Counted from the first letter of the stretch, positions 17,722-27,704 are shown. The stretch: 64,000 nucleotides of DNA from an uncultured Gammaproteobacteria bacterium (GCA_964532415.1 CAZHHN010000002.1:7852-71851), one strand, 5' to 3'. The notes: generated by a model from the sequence alone, not told the origin. A program made the numbers and translations.

Positions 17722-18531
17722 TTAATCCCGGACGAGTACCATGACCTTGCGGCCGTGCTCGACGTCGCCGCCGTTCCAGTCATGCACCGCATTCCAGAGC
17801 ACGGCAGGATCGTAAAGATAGTCGGCGCCGCGCCGCGTGCCCGGATCGTTGGCGATGATCCGGCCGTCGGCGTAGCCTTTGACGACGACCATGTGATACA
17901 GGGGCCCCTGGCCGCTGAAGTACGGATTCATGAGCAGGCGGCCGGCGGCCGGCAACAGCACCGGAACGCCCGCGTCGATCTGTTTTTTGACGTCGTCCAT
18001 CGAACGGATGGCGACGGCCTCCGATCGCGCATGATGGAAATACTCCCGGGCGATCCGCGCGACTTCGTCGGCGGTCGTGTCCTCATAGAAGCCGAGCGTG
18101 TTGTTCTCCCACTCGACGAGATCGAGTATCTTGTCGGTGGCGGCATCGGGCGTGAACGGTCCGGCGTTTTTATAATACGCGTCGATCATGATCAGCGAAG
18201 CCTCCTCGCAGGCTTCCTGAAACGGCAGGCTCCAGTCACCGTGCGGCGCCTGTGACATGAATGGCACGTCCAGGTTCGCTTCTTTCACCGGCGGCGCCGT
18301 GACGGGAACCGGCCGCGTGGATGAAGCCGGCGTGGGTGCCGATTTCGGCGGAACGGCAACGCTGCCGGTCGCCGTGGCGGCTTCGGCAACGATGGGATGA
18401 TACGGCTGCGCCTTGGGCAGCGGCGGTTTCAGGCGCGCAGCCACGACATCGCGTATAGCGGAACGGAACACGTATCCCGTTCCGAAGGCGGCCAGGAGCA
18501 GCAGGCTGACGATCAACAGGAAGCGTCGCAT
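17722..18531 (-). CDS. Peptidase C39-like family protein, membrane-anchored
   Basis: LDVPFMSQAP, EACEEAS (Cys), YHMVVVKGY, ANDPGT. Confidence 0.88.
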   Translation of the reverse strand: MRRFLLIVSLLLLAAFGTGYVFRSAIRDVVAARLKPPLPKAQPYHPIVAEAATATGSVAVPPKSAPTPASSTRPVPVTAPPVKEANLDVPFMSQAPHGDWSLPFQEACEEASLIMIDAYYKNAGPFTPDAATDKILDLVEWENNTLGFYEDTTADEVARIAREYFHHARSEAVAIRSMDDVKKQIDAGVPVLLPAAGRLLMNPYFSGQGPLYHMVVVKGYADGRIIANDPGTRRGADYLYDPAVLWNAVHDWNGGDVEHGRKVMVLVRD

Positions 18532-18571
18532 ACCGTACCAGTCTAGCACACCGAGGCCGCGCCGGCGCAGT

Positions 18572-19612
18572 TCATTTCAATTCCACAATCTCTTCCCACG
18601 GGAAGCGCGCGCGACCGAAATGCCCGTAGGTCGCCGTTTCACGGAAGATCGGCTGCCGCAGCCCCAGGCGCTCGATGATGGCGGCCGGACGGAAGTCGAA
18701 GTATTTTCCGAGCAGCGGAGAGAGATCGCGCCCGTCCTCGGAACGGGCCATCAGCATGACCGGTTCCGTTTTGCCGATCGCGTAGGCGACCGACACCAGG
18801 CATTTTTTGGCGTGTCCGGCGGCGACCAGATTCTTGGCGGCGAAACGCGCCATGTAGGCGGCCGAACGGTCGACCTTGGTGGCGTCCTTGCCGGAGAACG
18901 AACCGCCGCCGTGCGGAATGAGTCCTCCGTAGGTGTCGACCATGAGCTTGCGTCCGGTGAGGCCGGTATCGGCCGAAAAGCCGCCCGCCACGAACCGGCC
19001 GGTCGGATTGACGTGCAGTTCATAGCCGCCCAGAGCGCCGATGACCGGCGCTACCGCCTGCTCCGCCAACATCGCGCAGAGCTGATCCTGTTCGATCTCG
19101 GGCGCATGCTGCGCGGAAAGCACGACGGTCCGCACGCGTCCGCGGTCGGTCGTGACCTGTACCTTCCCGTCCGGACGCAGCCAAGAGAAGGCTGGGTCGT
19201 GGCGGCGCAGATCGGCCAGCCGGGAGGTGAGCGCGTGGGCGAGCGCCGTCGGCATCGGCAGGAAGCTGGGCGTTTCCGCGCTGGCGTAGCCGTACACGAC
19301 GCCCTGATCCCCCGCCCCGCCGGCATCGACGCCGCGGGCGATGTCGCCGGACTGCAGCTCGATGTTGACGAAGGCTTCCAGTTCATCCGCGTAGCCGATC
19401 TGGCGGTAGACCTGTTTGGCGATCGCCTCAATGTCGATCTCGCCGCGCGACGTGACTTCGCCGCCGACCATCAGCATGCCGTGCGAGCCGAAGACTTCCA
19501 GCGAAACCCGGCTGTCGGGATCGCGGCGCAGGTACTCGTCGAGCAGCGCGTCGGCGATCTGATCGCAGACTTTGTCGGGATGGCCTTCGGTGACGGATTC
19601 AGCGGTTTTCAT
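18572..19612 (-). CDS. metK: S-adenosylmethionine synthetase
   Basis: ESVTEGHPDKVCDQI, GAGDQG, GLTGRK, GGSFSGKD.TKVDRS, YGHFG. Confidence 0.96.
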   Translation of the reverse strand: MKTAESVTEGHPDKVCDQIADALLDEYLRRDPDSRVSLEVFGSHGMLMVGGEVTSRGEIDIEAIAKQVYRQIGYADELEAFVNIELQSGDIARGVDAGGAGDQGVVYGYASAETPSFLPMPTALAHALTSRLADLRRHDPAFSWLRPDGKVQVTTDRGRVRTVVLSAQHAPEIEQDQLCAMLAEQAVAPVIGALGGYELHVNPTGRFVAGGFSADTGLTGRKLMVDTYGGLIPHGGGSFSGKDATKVDRSAAYMARFAAKNLVAAGHAKKCLVSVAYAIGKTEPVMLMARSEDGRDLSPLLGKYFDFRPAAIIERLGLRQPIFRETATYGHFGRARFPWEEIVELK

Positions 19613-19693
19613 GGGGAAACTCCGGCAAAGCTTAGTCCCGGACGGAAGCGGTGTCAACAACGCTTTTTTTCCGGACGTGTATACTGGAGCCGT

Positions 19694-20455
19694 ATGAAAC
19701 GCTCCACCTTTTCGCTGCTGATGGCTGGGGTCATCCTGCTCGGCGGCGGCATGCTGCTTTGGTTCCTGCTCGTCGCACCCCGGCTGCAACCGGCACCCGC
19801 CGCATCGCCGGTTTCGCAGCCGTGGCCCGCGCCGGCTACGGAAGAACGCCATGCCGTGCTGAACGCGTACCTGACCGCACCGGAAGCGCTGCCCGAGGGC
19901 GTCGCGCGGATGGAGCTGACGCTCGCCAAGGCGACCGTAAGCGGCGACGGACGAACCGACGTTCCCGTCTTCGAAGGCGCGCGCCGGATCGAAATCCAAC
20001 CCGGCACGGTCGAGAAGGCACTGAGCGAAACCATCCCGACCGGACGCTGGAACCGGCTGACGCTGACGTTTTCGCCGGCCGCGGACATCTCGATGTCCGA
20101 CGGCACCGCGGCGACGGCGTTGCTTGAACGGAAAACCGCGGTGTTTTCTTTCAATACCGATCTCCCCACCAGCCGTTCCCTGGCGCTCTTGGGACGCCTG
20201 CCGCTCGAGCGCGCGCTCGGCCGGGCGGGCGCCGCCGTCACCGCCAATCTCCTGCCGGATGCGCAAAAAACCGAGTCGTACGTCTTCGGCTCGTCGATGC
20301 TCGATCCGCGCGGCGTTACCGGCCTTTGGACGCTCCCGAAGGTGACGCTGTCCGCGGTCATCAAGGCCGAACTCGGATTCGATATTACCGTCAAGCTGCC
20401 GGGCTCGCAGGGGTTTTCTCCGGCGGAGCAGGAGCCCTCGCCCAAAGCCTCGTGA
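19694..20455 (+). CDS. Hypothetical membrane-anchored protein (DUF4382-like)
   Basis: N-terminal TM, Pro-rich linker, beta-rich domain; TATACT 8 nt before the ATG. Family call is weak. Confidence 0.7.
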   Translation: MKRSTFSLLMAGVILLGGGMLLWFLLVAPRLQPAPAASPVSQPWPAPATEERHAVLNAYLTAPEALPEGVARMELTLAKATVSGDGRTDVPVFEGARRIEIQPGTVEKALSETIPTGRWNRLTLTFSPAADISMSDGTAATALLERKTAVFSFNTDLPTSRSLALLGRLPLERALGRAGAAVTANLLPDAQKTESYVFGSSMLDPRGVTGLWTLPKVTLSAVIKAELGFDITVKLPGSQGFSPAEQEPSPKAS

Positions 20456-21430
20456 TCAATCGGTGAATTCCTGAGCGAACATCTGGCCGTAGACGCCGCC
20501 GTCGATCACGCCGATCCCGACGCGGCGGAAGTCGGCATCCAGAATGTTGGCGCGATGCCCGGGGCTGTTCATCAGCCCGGCATGGGCGATGGCCGTGTCC
20601 GGCGCGAGCGCGAGATTCTCTCCCATCACGTCGTACGGGATGCCGGCGCGGTCCAGCCGTCCGGAAGGGGTCAATCCTTCGGGAGTCACGTGAGAAAAAT
20701 AGCCGCGTTCGAACATGTCCCGGGCATGCGCGCGGGCGGCCGCCGTCAGGCCGGGATCGGCCACGAGCGGACGGAGCCCGCGCTTCGTCCGTTCTGCGTT
20801 CACGAGCGCCAGCATCTTTTCTTCCGCCTTCGCGTCGATCGTGCCGTTGTGATACGTGAAGTGGAGATCGATCCGCTCGCCGCCCGACGGGTGGACGGTG
20901 ATCAGATTGACGCCGTCTTCGGCCAGCGGATGCAGGACGGGCGCGAACACGCCGTCCAGCCGGCGCGTGAACGCCAAAAGCGGTTGGACGAGCGGCGCCG
21001 AGACGATTTCTTTCCGGAGGGCGGCCGGGATCGGAAAGGCCGAAGCGACCGTCAGGATGACGCTCAGCACCAGGATGCCGTTCAGCAGGCCCGGCAGAAG
21101 CCCGAACGCTTTCTGAATTTTGGCGGCGCGCAGGCGGGCCGGCAGGCGCGTTTCGAGCGCGGCCGAAGCGAACGGCCACGCCAGATCGGCGAGAAGCCAG
21201 GCGCCGAAAAAGGCGATGGCGTTGGCGACGCTGGGCGGGAGCGTGAAGCGGGCGGCCAGCCAGCCGCCGATCGGCCGGAAGCCGAGCGTGGCCAAAAGCA
21301 GCGCCAGCGCGAAGCCGGCGGTTTCAAGCGCGAGCGCCAGAAAGCCGCGGCGCAGGCCGTCGCGGGCGTACCACGCCAGCGTCAGTACGACGATCAGGTC
21401 GATCCAGTGACGGGCGAACCACTGCGGCAT
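20456..21430 (-). CDS. CvpA-family membrane domain fused to a CAP/SCP domain
   Basis: WIDLIV...GLRRGF TM region; LVNAER, HARDM, YFSH, GENLA, MNSPGHRANIL. Confidence 0.9.
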   Translation of the reverse strand: MPQWFARHWIDLIVVLTLAWYARDGLRRGFLALALETAGFALALLLATLGFRPIGGWLAARFTLPPSVANAIAFFGAWLLADLAWPFASAALETRLPARLRAAKIQKAFGLLPGLLNGILVLSVILTVASAFPIPAALRKEIVSAPLVQPLLAFTRRLDGVFAPVLHPLAEDGVNLITVHPSGGERIDLHFTYHNGTIDAKAEEKMLALVNAERTKRGLRPLVADPGLTAAARAHARDMFERGYFSHVTPEGLTPSGRLDRAGIPYDVMGENLALAPDTAIAHAGLMNSPGHRANILDADFRRVGIGVIDGGVYGQMFAQEFTD

Positions 21431-21557
21431 ATGGCTGGATTCTACCCTGAACGCGCACCGGGAGAAAGCGTGGCTTGACGTCGTCCGGCACGATCCGTTG
21501 ACGGCGGGCGCAGGGAGAGTACCTTGTGATGGTCCCTGTCGGGACGAGGTCATTCGC

Positions 21558-22637
21558 ATGCATCCCCTCCACGGTTTCCATTCGTCTCCTTCTTTCGTCT
21601 TAGGGCGTCTCGAAACCTTCCGGGACACGATCCGAAGCCAGCCGCTTTGGCTGCCTGTCATCGCCGGTCCGGATCCGGACGGATTCGGCGCGAACGTCGG
21701 CAAGATGGAAATCATCAGGCAGCTCGGAGTCGACGCAGACTGGCCGTATTACGCCGGCGGCATCGATGATCCGCAGAACCGGCACATCCTGCGAACGCTC
21801 GGGCTTTCGGAAGTTTTGCGCCCGCTCTCAGAATTGCCCGCGCATGGCGTCATCACGTTGAACGACTCTTGCCGACTGGATGACAACCGCTTCGGCATGG
21901 AGATCGACCCGGACAGGATCTGGGACATCACCGACCATCACTTGCCCCCGTCCGGTTCCGAACCGCTGATGCGGCCGTGGCGCTTCGTCCACCTCGTGCC
22001 GTCGGTCGGCGCCGCTTCCACGCTTGTCGTTGAACAGGGGCGGGCCTGCGGCACGCGCTTCAGTCCGCAAGCCGCCGCGCTCCTCGCGCTCGGCATCTAC
22101 TGCGACACGAACAAGTTACGATCGCCCGTCACGACCGACTTCGATCGTCGCGCGTTCGCCGCGATGGCCGCGCTGGCGGACCAACGGCAGCTGGCGGAAT
22201 GCCACGATTATCCGCTCGACGATCGTTTCTATGACCTGACGGCCAAGACCTATCTCGGACGAAGAATCATCGGGCCCGTCCTCGTCTCGCATCCGAGCCG
22301 GCGCGTCCATGGCAGCGAAAGCGGAATCGTCTCCCGCAACGCCAACAGCCTTCGCCAGTATTCGGCCTGCCCGATCACGCTCGTCTGGTGCCTGACCGAA
22401 TCGGAAGTGCGCTTCTCCGTCCGGGCCAATGATCCGAACTACGACCTGACGGCTTTGATCGACAAGATCTTCGGACGGCGCTTCGGCGGCGCAAAGCCGT
22501 GCGAAGGCGGAGGCCAAATACCGATCTCGGAATTCCCGGTCGATCCGCGGTACGACTTCGACGACGAGATGATCGCGAAGATCTCCGCATGGATCGAGCA
22601 GCGTCTCGTAACGCACTTCAAAGCGATCGCTCCCTAA
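21558..22637 (+). CDS. DHH-family phosphoesterase (divergent)
   Basis: PDPDG, ITDHH, GAASTL, GIYCDT, FSVR; SD GAGGT; terminator at 22625-22650. Confidence 0.8.
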   Translation: MHPLHGFHSSPSFVLGRLETFRDTIRSQPLWLPVIAGPDPDGFGANVGKMEIIRQLGVDADWPYYAGGIDDPQNRHILRTLGLSEVLRPLSELPAHGVITLNDSCRLDDNRFGMEIDPDRIWDITDHHLPPSGSEPLMRPWRFVHLVPSVGAASTLVVEQGRACGTRFSPQAAALLALGIYCDTNKLRSPVTTDFDRRAFAAMAALADQRQLAECHDYPLDDRFYDLTAKTYLGRRIIGPVLVSHPSRRVHGSESGIVSRNANSLRQYSACPITLVWCLTESEVRFSVRANDPNYDLTALIDKIFGRRFGGAKPCEGGGQIPISEFPVDPRYDFDDEMIAKISAWIEQRLVTHFKAIAP

Positions 22638-22648
22638 GGGCGATCTTT

Positions 22649-24736
22649 TTAATATTCTTCGATGTCCTTCAACAGGCCGGAGCGCTTGATCGGATCGCCG
22701 TTCCCGTCGTAGCGGATGGTCGGCAGATCCTCGTATGATTCCTCGACGCGCACCTGCTCAACGAGATTCGGGGACAACTCTTCGAGAAATTCCGATTTCG
22801 GCTCAAAGGAGAACGCGTCGTAGCCGAGGGAAATCGGGTAGGTCAGGCACAGCTCGCGCCGGGCGCGCGTGACAGCCACATAGAACAGGCGCCGTTCCTC
22901 TTCCAGTCCCCCTTCGTCGACCAGCGCGCGCTTGTTCGGAAAGGCGCCCTGCGAGAGATGGATGATGAAGACGGCGTCCCACTCGAGACCCTTGGCCTGA
23001 TGGATCGTCGAGAGCACGATGCGTCCCTCCCCGTCGTCCTCGGGCATGAAGGGCCGGCCTTTCTTGCCGGAGGCGATCGCGTCGTTCAGGACAGCATCAG
23101 CCAAAAACGCGGCCGCGTCCGGATACTGCTCGGCGAAGCCCGCCAACTGTCCGAGATCTTCCAGGCGGTCGCGGTAATCCGGATACTCATTTTCGAGATA
23201 TCCGCGGTATTCGGATTCGGCCACGGCCCGGAGCATGGCCGAGGGGCTGCTCCGCGCATCGAGCAATGCACCGTACGTGGAAAGGAAATTCTTCCAGCCG
23301 GACGAGACCCGCGCCGGCAGCCCTTCCGCCAGTTCGCCGCCGATATCCTCTTCGCCGACGGCGGAACGCACGCGTTCGAACAGCCGGGCGGCCGTGGCCG
23401 GCCCGATCCCGACCTGGAGCGAAAGCACGCGCATCCAGGAGATTTCGTCGTCCTTGTTGATCACGATCCTGAGGAAGGCCAGCGCATCCTTGATATGTGC
23501 GCGCTCGAAGAACTTCAATCCGCCACGGTACTCATAGGGAATGGCGCGCTTCATGAGCTCGAACTCGAGCGCCTGGGAATGGAACGTGGCGCGAAAGAGC
23601 ACGGCGATCCCGTTGAACGGCACGTTCTCGTCGCGCAGTTCGAGGATGCGCTGCGCCACGAATTCGGCTTCCTGCGCCGCCGAAACCGCGTTTACGACCG
23701 ACGGTTTGGCGAAGGACGGCTTGACGCTCTTCAGTTCTTTCGGGAATTGGTTCGCGTTATGGGCGATGACATCGTTGGCCAGGTCGAGAATCTCGGGCGT
23801 GGAGCGGTAATTCGTCTCGAGACGGAAGGTTTTGGCGGCCGCGAACATCTTTGGGAAGTCCAGGATGTTGCGGATGTCGGCGCCGCGGAAAGAATAGATC
23901 GACTGCGCGTCGTCGCCCACCACCAGCACGTTGCCGTGGACGGAGCCGAGCAGGCGCACGATTTCGGCCTGCAGGCGGTTGGTGTCCTGGTACTCGTCGA
24001 CCAGCACGTAACGGAACTGCGTGGCATAGCGGGTCCGCGACGGCTCGTCCTCCCGCAGCAGGCGGGCGGTCAGGACGAGCAGGTCGTCGAAATCGACGGC
24101 GTTGGAGGCGCGCTTTTTGGAAAGATAGCGGCCGATGACGTCTTCGATCGACGCAAGCTGTTCGAGGAAACTCGGATGCTTGAGTTCGAGCGTTTCCGCG
24201 ACCGACAGGCCCACGTTGACGGAAAACGACGCGAGACCGAGCAGCACCGCCGGGCTCGGGAAGCGCTTTCCGCCTGAGGCGGACCCGCCTTTGGAGGGAG
24301 CGTCGATGCCGGCTTGGCGCACGCAGGCTTTCATCAGGTCCCTGGCATCCTCGCTGTCCAGAATCGTGAACCCCTCGCGCAGACCGACGCGGCTGCCGCG
24401 CTCGCGCAGGATGCGGTGGCAGACGTGGTGGAACGTCCCGCCCCACAGACGGCCCGGTTCGGTGCCGATGAGCGTGGAGACGCGCTCCAGCATCTCCCGG
24501 GCGGCTTTGTTGGTGAAGGTCAGGAGCAGGATTTCTCCCGGCGGAACGCCTTTCTCCAGCAGATAGGCGACGCGATAGACGATCGTGCGGGTCTTGCCGG
24601 AACCGGCGCCGGCCAAAACCAGGCAGGCGCCTTCGCCTTCTTGGACGACGCGCAGCTGTTCTTGGTTGAGTTCGGCGGCGTAGTCGATGGCGAACTCCGG
24701 AAGGCCGGCCGGTTTTTTCAGGACATACGTCTTCAT
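22649..24736 (-). CDS. UvrD/PcrA-family ATP-dependent DNA helicase
   Basis: LAGAGSGKT, VDEYQDTN, VGDDAQSIYSFRGA, NYRS, STIHQAKGLEW, EERRLFYVAVTRA. Confidence 0.96.
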   Translation of the reverse strand: MKTYVLKKPAGLPEFAIDYAAELNQEQLRVVQEGEGACLVLAGAGSGKTRTIVYRVAYLLEKGVPPGEILLLTFTNKAAREMLERVSTLIGTEPGRLWGGTFHHVCHRILRERGSRVGLREGFTILDSEDARDLMKACVRQAGIDAPSKGGSASGGKRFPSPAVLLGLASFSVNVGLSVAETLELKHPSFLEQLASIEDVIGRYLSKKRASNAVDFDDLLVLTARLLREDEPSRTRYATQFRYVLVDEYQDTNRLQAEIVRLLGSVHGNVLVVGDDAQSIYSFRGADIRNILDFPKMFAAAKTFRLETNYRSTPEILDLANDVIAHNANQFPKELKSVKPSFAKPSVVNAVSAAQEAEFVAQRILELRDENVPFNGIAVLFRATFHSQALEFELMKRAIPYEYRGGLKFFERAHIKDALAFLRIVINKDDEISWMRVLSLQVGIGPATAARLFERVRSAVGEEDIGGELAEGLPARVSSGWKNFLSTYGALLDARSSPSAMLRAVAESEYRGYLENEYPDYRDRLEDLGQLAGFAEQYPDAAAFLADAVLNDAIASGKKGRPFMPEDDGEGRIVLSTIHQAKGLEWDAVFIIHLSQGAFPNKRALVDEGGLEEERRLFYVAVTRARRELCLTYPISLGYDAFSFEPKSEFLEELSPNLVEQVRVEESYEDLPTIRYDGNGDPIKRSGLLKDIEEY
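24269..24298. repeat. 30-bp tandem palindromic element in frame within uvrD
   Basis: TCCGCC-TGA-GGCGGA followed by CCCGCC-TTT-GGAGGG; encodes PSKGGSASGG in the helicase. Confidence 0.65.
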
Positions 24737-24778
24737 GCCGCGCAGTGTACCCGCCGGACGGCGAACGCGGCAAGGAAC

Positions 24779-24806
24779 AAAAAGCGCTTCACTTTAACTG
24801 AAGCGC
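24779..24806 (-). terminator. Intrinsic terminator
   Basis: GCGCTTCA-7-TGAAGCGC-TTTTT. Confidence 0.75.
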
Positions 24807-24818
24807 CTGAATCGATCG

Positions 24819-27539
24819 TTACTGGATGCGGATCTCGTCGAAGAACATGGTCGTGGCCGCGTCAGTCTGGAACAGGATCGAATACGGGAAGTTCCCGCCG
24901 GTGAAACCGAGCGCGGAGAACGGGATCTCGACCCGATACCAGGCATTCGCGGCGATGGCATGTCCCGGTACGTAGTCGATCAGGTTGACCTGACCGAACA
25001 GCTGGCCCGTGGACTGGTCGGCCAGCTTGATGGTCACGTTCTGGCCGCCGGTCGATCCACCATGGACCACGAACTGCAGTTTGGCGACCGTGCCGATGCT
25101 GGCTGCAGGGTACCTTTGGAGGTTGAATCCCCTGCCGGCACCGAAGAAAAGAACCTTGAGCGATTCGCTGCCGAGAAAGGTCTTTTCCTCGGAGAGGTTG
25201 ACGTCGCTGTTGGCCATATCGACGTACCAGCCGGGTCCGAAATAGTCAGCGTAGACGGGCGGTTTGAGAGCGACGTCCTGGAATCGCACTTCGTCGAAGT
25301 ACATGGTGGTGGCGACGTCGCTCATGACGGCGAAACCGCCGACGGCCAGTCCGGTCAGGCCCAGCGAGGCCAGAGGGACGTCGGCGAGGTACCAGGTATT
25401 GGCGGCAAGAGTGCCGCCCGGAACGTACTTGAGCAGGCTGTCCTGCCCGATCAAGCCGCCGGAAGTGTCATAGAGCTGCACCGTGGGGTGTTGACCGCCG
25501 GTCGGGCCACCGTTGACCGCGAAGCGCAGCCTGGTGATCGAGCCCGCGTCGACCGAGGACGGGTTGGCCAGATACAGCCCGCCCCAAGCCGCATAGGCGA
25601 CCTTGATGGCGCTGCTGCCGAGATACACTTGCTCGGTGGAGTTCAGGGTCCTGGTAGACCCCCATGACCAATCCTCCCAATTGGCGGCGAGGGAATCCCC
25701 ATAGGCCGCCGCCGGGAGCCAGACGTCCTGAAAGCGCGCTTCGTCGAAGTACATGGTGGTGGCGACGTCGCTTTCGATGGCGAAGCCGCCGATCGCCGTG
25801 CCGGCGAGGCCGAGCGAAAGGAGCGGGATATCCGCGAGATGCCAGGTATTCGCCGCGAGGGCGCCGCCCGGAACGTACTTGAGCAGGTTGTCCTGTCCGA
25901 TCAGGGCGCCCGCCGTGTCGTAGAGCTGGACGATCGGATGTTGGCCGCCCGTCGCGCCTCCATTGACGGCGATACGGAGCCGCGTCGCGCTGCTGACCGT
26001 CGCTCCGGACGGGGTAGCCAGGAAGAGCCCGCCCCAGGCGGCGAAGACGACCTTGATCGCCTTGGCACCGAGGTACACGCGCTCCGTCGAGCTCAGCGTC
26101 CTCGTCGAACCCCACGACCAATCCTGCCAACCCGAGGCCAGGGCGTCCGCGTAAGCGGAGATGGTATACCAGCCCGGTCCGGGAGGGTTGTTCGTGATGG
26201 TCAGTCCGCAATTCACGCCCGAGATGGACGAGACCTGCGCCCCCGAATAGAGATGGACGTGGATCGTGCTGTCGCCCTGGCCGCCCTTCCACCACATGCA
26301 GCCGTTCTCGAAACTCTGGAACGAGGCGACCGGGGCGGAATCGGGCGCATTTTCGACGCAGACATCATTCAGGTTCGCCGGCTTCTCTTCGCCTTTAGGC
26401 GCTCCCAGCAAGGCCAGGCCGCCGAGCGGACCGTTGTCGGCGGGAGGCTGAATGCACTTGTAGGCGCCCCAGAACCCGTCGTGGATGAAATAGGCCTTCT
26501 TGTCGGTCGCGTTGTAGACGATGGCGGTTTGGCCGTCGGTGCCGTAGCGGGTGCTCGCGTCAGGATTCAAGAAGTCCTGGACCTTCACTCCGCGGACGTC
26601 ATGGACGAAGGCCGTGCCGCCGTTATCGAAGGCGCCGCCCAGGCTTTTGGTGACGTTGCCGTTCGAATCTTTGTTCAGGCCTCTTACCCAAGCATCGAAG
26701 AAGGACTGGCTGTAGCCCTTTCCGAGGTATCCCTGGCTGGCATCGACGCCCGGCGGTCTTACCCAGCTGCGTCCCGACGCGTTGAGATAGGACCCGGGTG
26801 GGACGAAACCGTTTGCTCCTAGAGCGCAGGACGAAGGCAGGGTCGGGCCGGGTTTTTGCGATGCACTTGGACAATAGGACCGCCCGAAGTCGCCGCTTGG
26901 CACTGTGGTGCCGGGCCGTACGCCAAAGTGAAGATGATCGGCAGAAATTACAGAGCCACCAGTTACGTTCCGATACCGTCCAATGATTCCTAAGACCTGC
27001 CCGGGAATTACTTTTCCCGCCGTCGCTGACACCGGTCCCGTACCGCTGCGAAAGGTCGTGGAATACACCAGGTGCCCGTACATGACGACGAATGGCGTTC
27101 CGTGGTCGTCGTAGTGCTGCACTAGTAGGGCCATGTTGCAGGTGTTTGTTCCTGGCTCGTTTTTAGCAGGGTCAGGGTTGTTGTAATCATAACCCCATCC
27201 TGATGGACAGTTCGCACTCGTGTCCTGCGTCGCGCTTTGATAGATGGCAGTTCCTGCGGCCACCGAATACACGGAGGTACCGCGAGAAGCAATCATGTCA
27301 TTCCCAGTATGACAATGATCTGTAATGTAGGGGCCTAATGGACCGCAAGCGCCGAAGTTCCCGTCCGTCCAGGAGGTCACGCTATCCATCGGATAGGTGA
27401 ATCCGTTGGAGGCTGCCGATAGGGCGAATACCCCCTGACCAAGCCGGTCGGCATCATGCCCCGCGTCGTCAGTGCAGGTCACCGCGACCAATGCACCGCT
27501 GATCAATACTGCCTTTCGTATCCGATTCCATACTCTCAT
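24819..27539 (-). CDS. Large putative lipoprotein: M23 peptidase + LGFP-like region + three CBM-like repeats
   Basis: SD GAGGAG; LVAVTC lipobox-like; HTGND, YGHL, HLHFG; LGAPKGEE...QSFENG.MWW; three ~150-aa repeats ending TTM(Y/F)FDE.R. Confidence 0.85.
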   Translation of the reverse strand: MRVWNRIRKAVLISGALVAVTCTDDAGHDADRLGQGVFALSAASNGFTYPMDSVTSWTDGNFGACGPLGPYITDHCHTGNDMIASRGTSVYSVAAGTAIYQSATQDTSANCPSGWGYDYNNPDPAKNEPGTNTCNMALLVQHYDDHGTPFVVMYGHLVYSTTFRSGTGPVSATAGKVIPGQVLGIIGRYRNVTGGSVISADHLHFGVRPGTTVPSGDFGRSYCPSASQKPGPTLPSSCALGANGFVPPGSYLNASGRSWVRPPGVDASQGYLGKGYSQSFFDAWVRGLNKDSNGNVTKSLGGAFDNGGTAFVHDVRGVKVQDFLNPDASTRYGTDGQTAIVYNATDKKAYFIHDGFWGAYKCIQPPADNGPLGGLALLGAPKGEEKPANLNDVCVENAPDSAPVASFQSFENGCMWWKGGQGDSTIHVHLYSGAQVSSISGVNCGLTITNNPPGPGWYTISAYADALASGWQDWSWGSTRTLSSTERVYLGAKAIKVVFAAWGGLFLATPSGATVSSATRLRIAVNGGATGGQHPIVQLYDTAGALIGQDNLLKYVPGGALAANTWHLADIPLLSLGLAGTAIGGFAIESDVATTMYFDEARFQDVWLPAAAYGDSLAANWEDWSWGSTRTLNSTEQVYLGSSAIKVAYAAWGGLYLANPSSVDAGSITRLRFAVNGGPTGGQHPTVQLYDTSGGLIGQDSLLKYVPGGTLAANTWYLADVPLASLGLTGLAVGGFAVMSDVATTMYFDEVRFQDVALKPPVYADYFGPGWYVDMANSDVNLSEEKTFLGSESLKVLFFGAGRGFNLQRYPAASIGTVAKLQFVVHGGSTGGQNVTIKLADQSTGQLFGQVNLIDYVPGHAIAANAWYRVEIPFSALGFTGGNFPYSILFQTDAATTMFFDEIRIQ
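25260..26160. repeat. Intragenic 450-bp tandem duplication (a diverged third copy extends to 24819)
   Basis: Identical TCGTCGAAGTACATGGTGGTGGCGACGTCGCT at 25291 and 25741; GCCGCCCGGAACGTACTTGAGCAGG at 25413 and 25863. Confidence 0.9.
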
Positions 27540-27704
27540 GCTGATCTCCTCGATGGCTCCTGTTTTGAGCCGACGAGAGGGTATCACCACGCACCCAAAC
27601 ATGTCGAATGTGCACCCACGAACGGCCTCATCGACCCCGAGGCAAGCATCTACTCAAAAACCCGTCCCAAAGGGGCGGGTTAATGAATCTGGGTTCGTCC
27701 AAGA

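Noticed and set aside
18413-20266. Apparent long N-terminal extensions of metK and of the 19694 gene
   Set aside because: Each extension is the antisense of the other divergent gene; the real starts are 19612 and 19694.
25260-26160. Repeats considered as a CRISPR array or DGR template/variable pair
   Set aside because: They are in-frame 450-bp protein-domain duplications; there are no spacers, cas genes or reverse transcriptase in the window.
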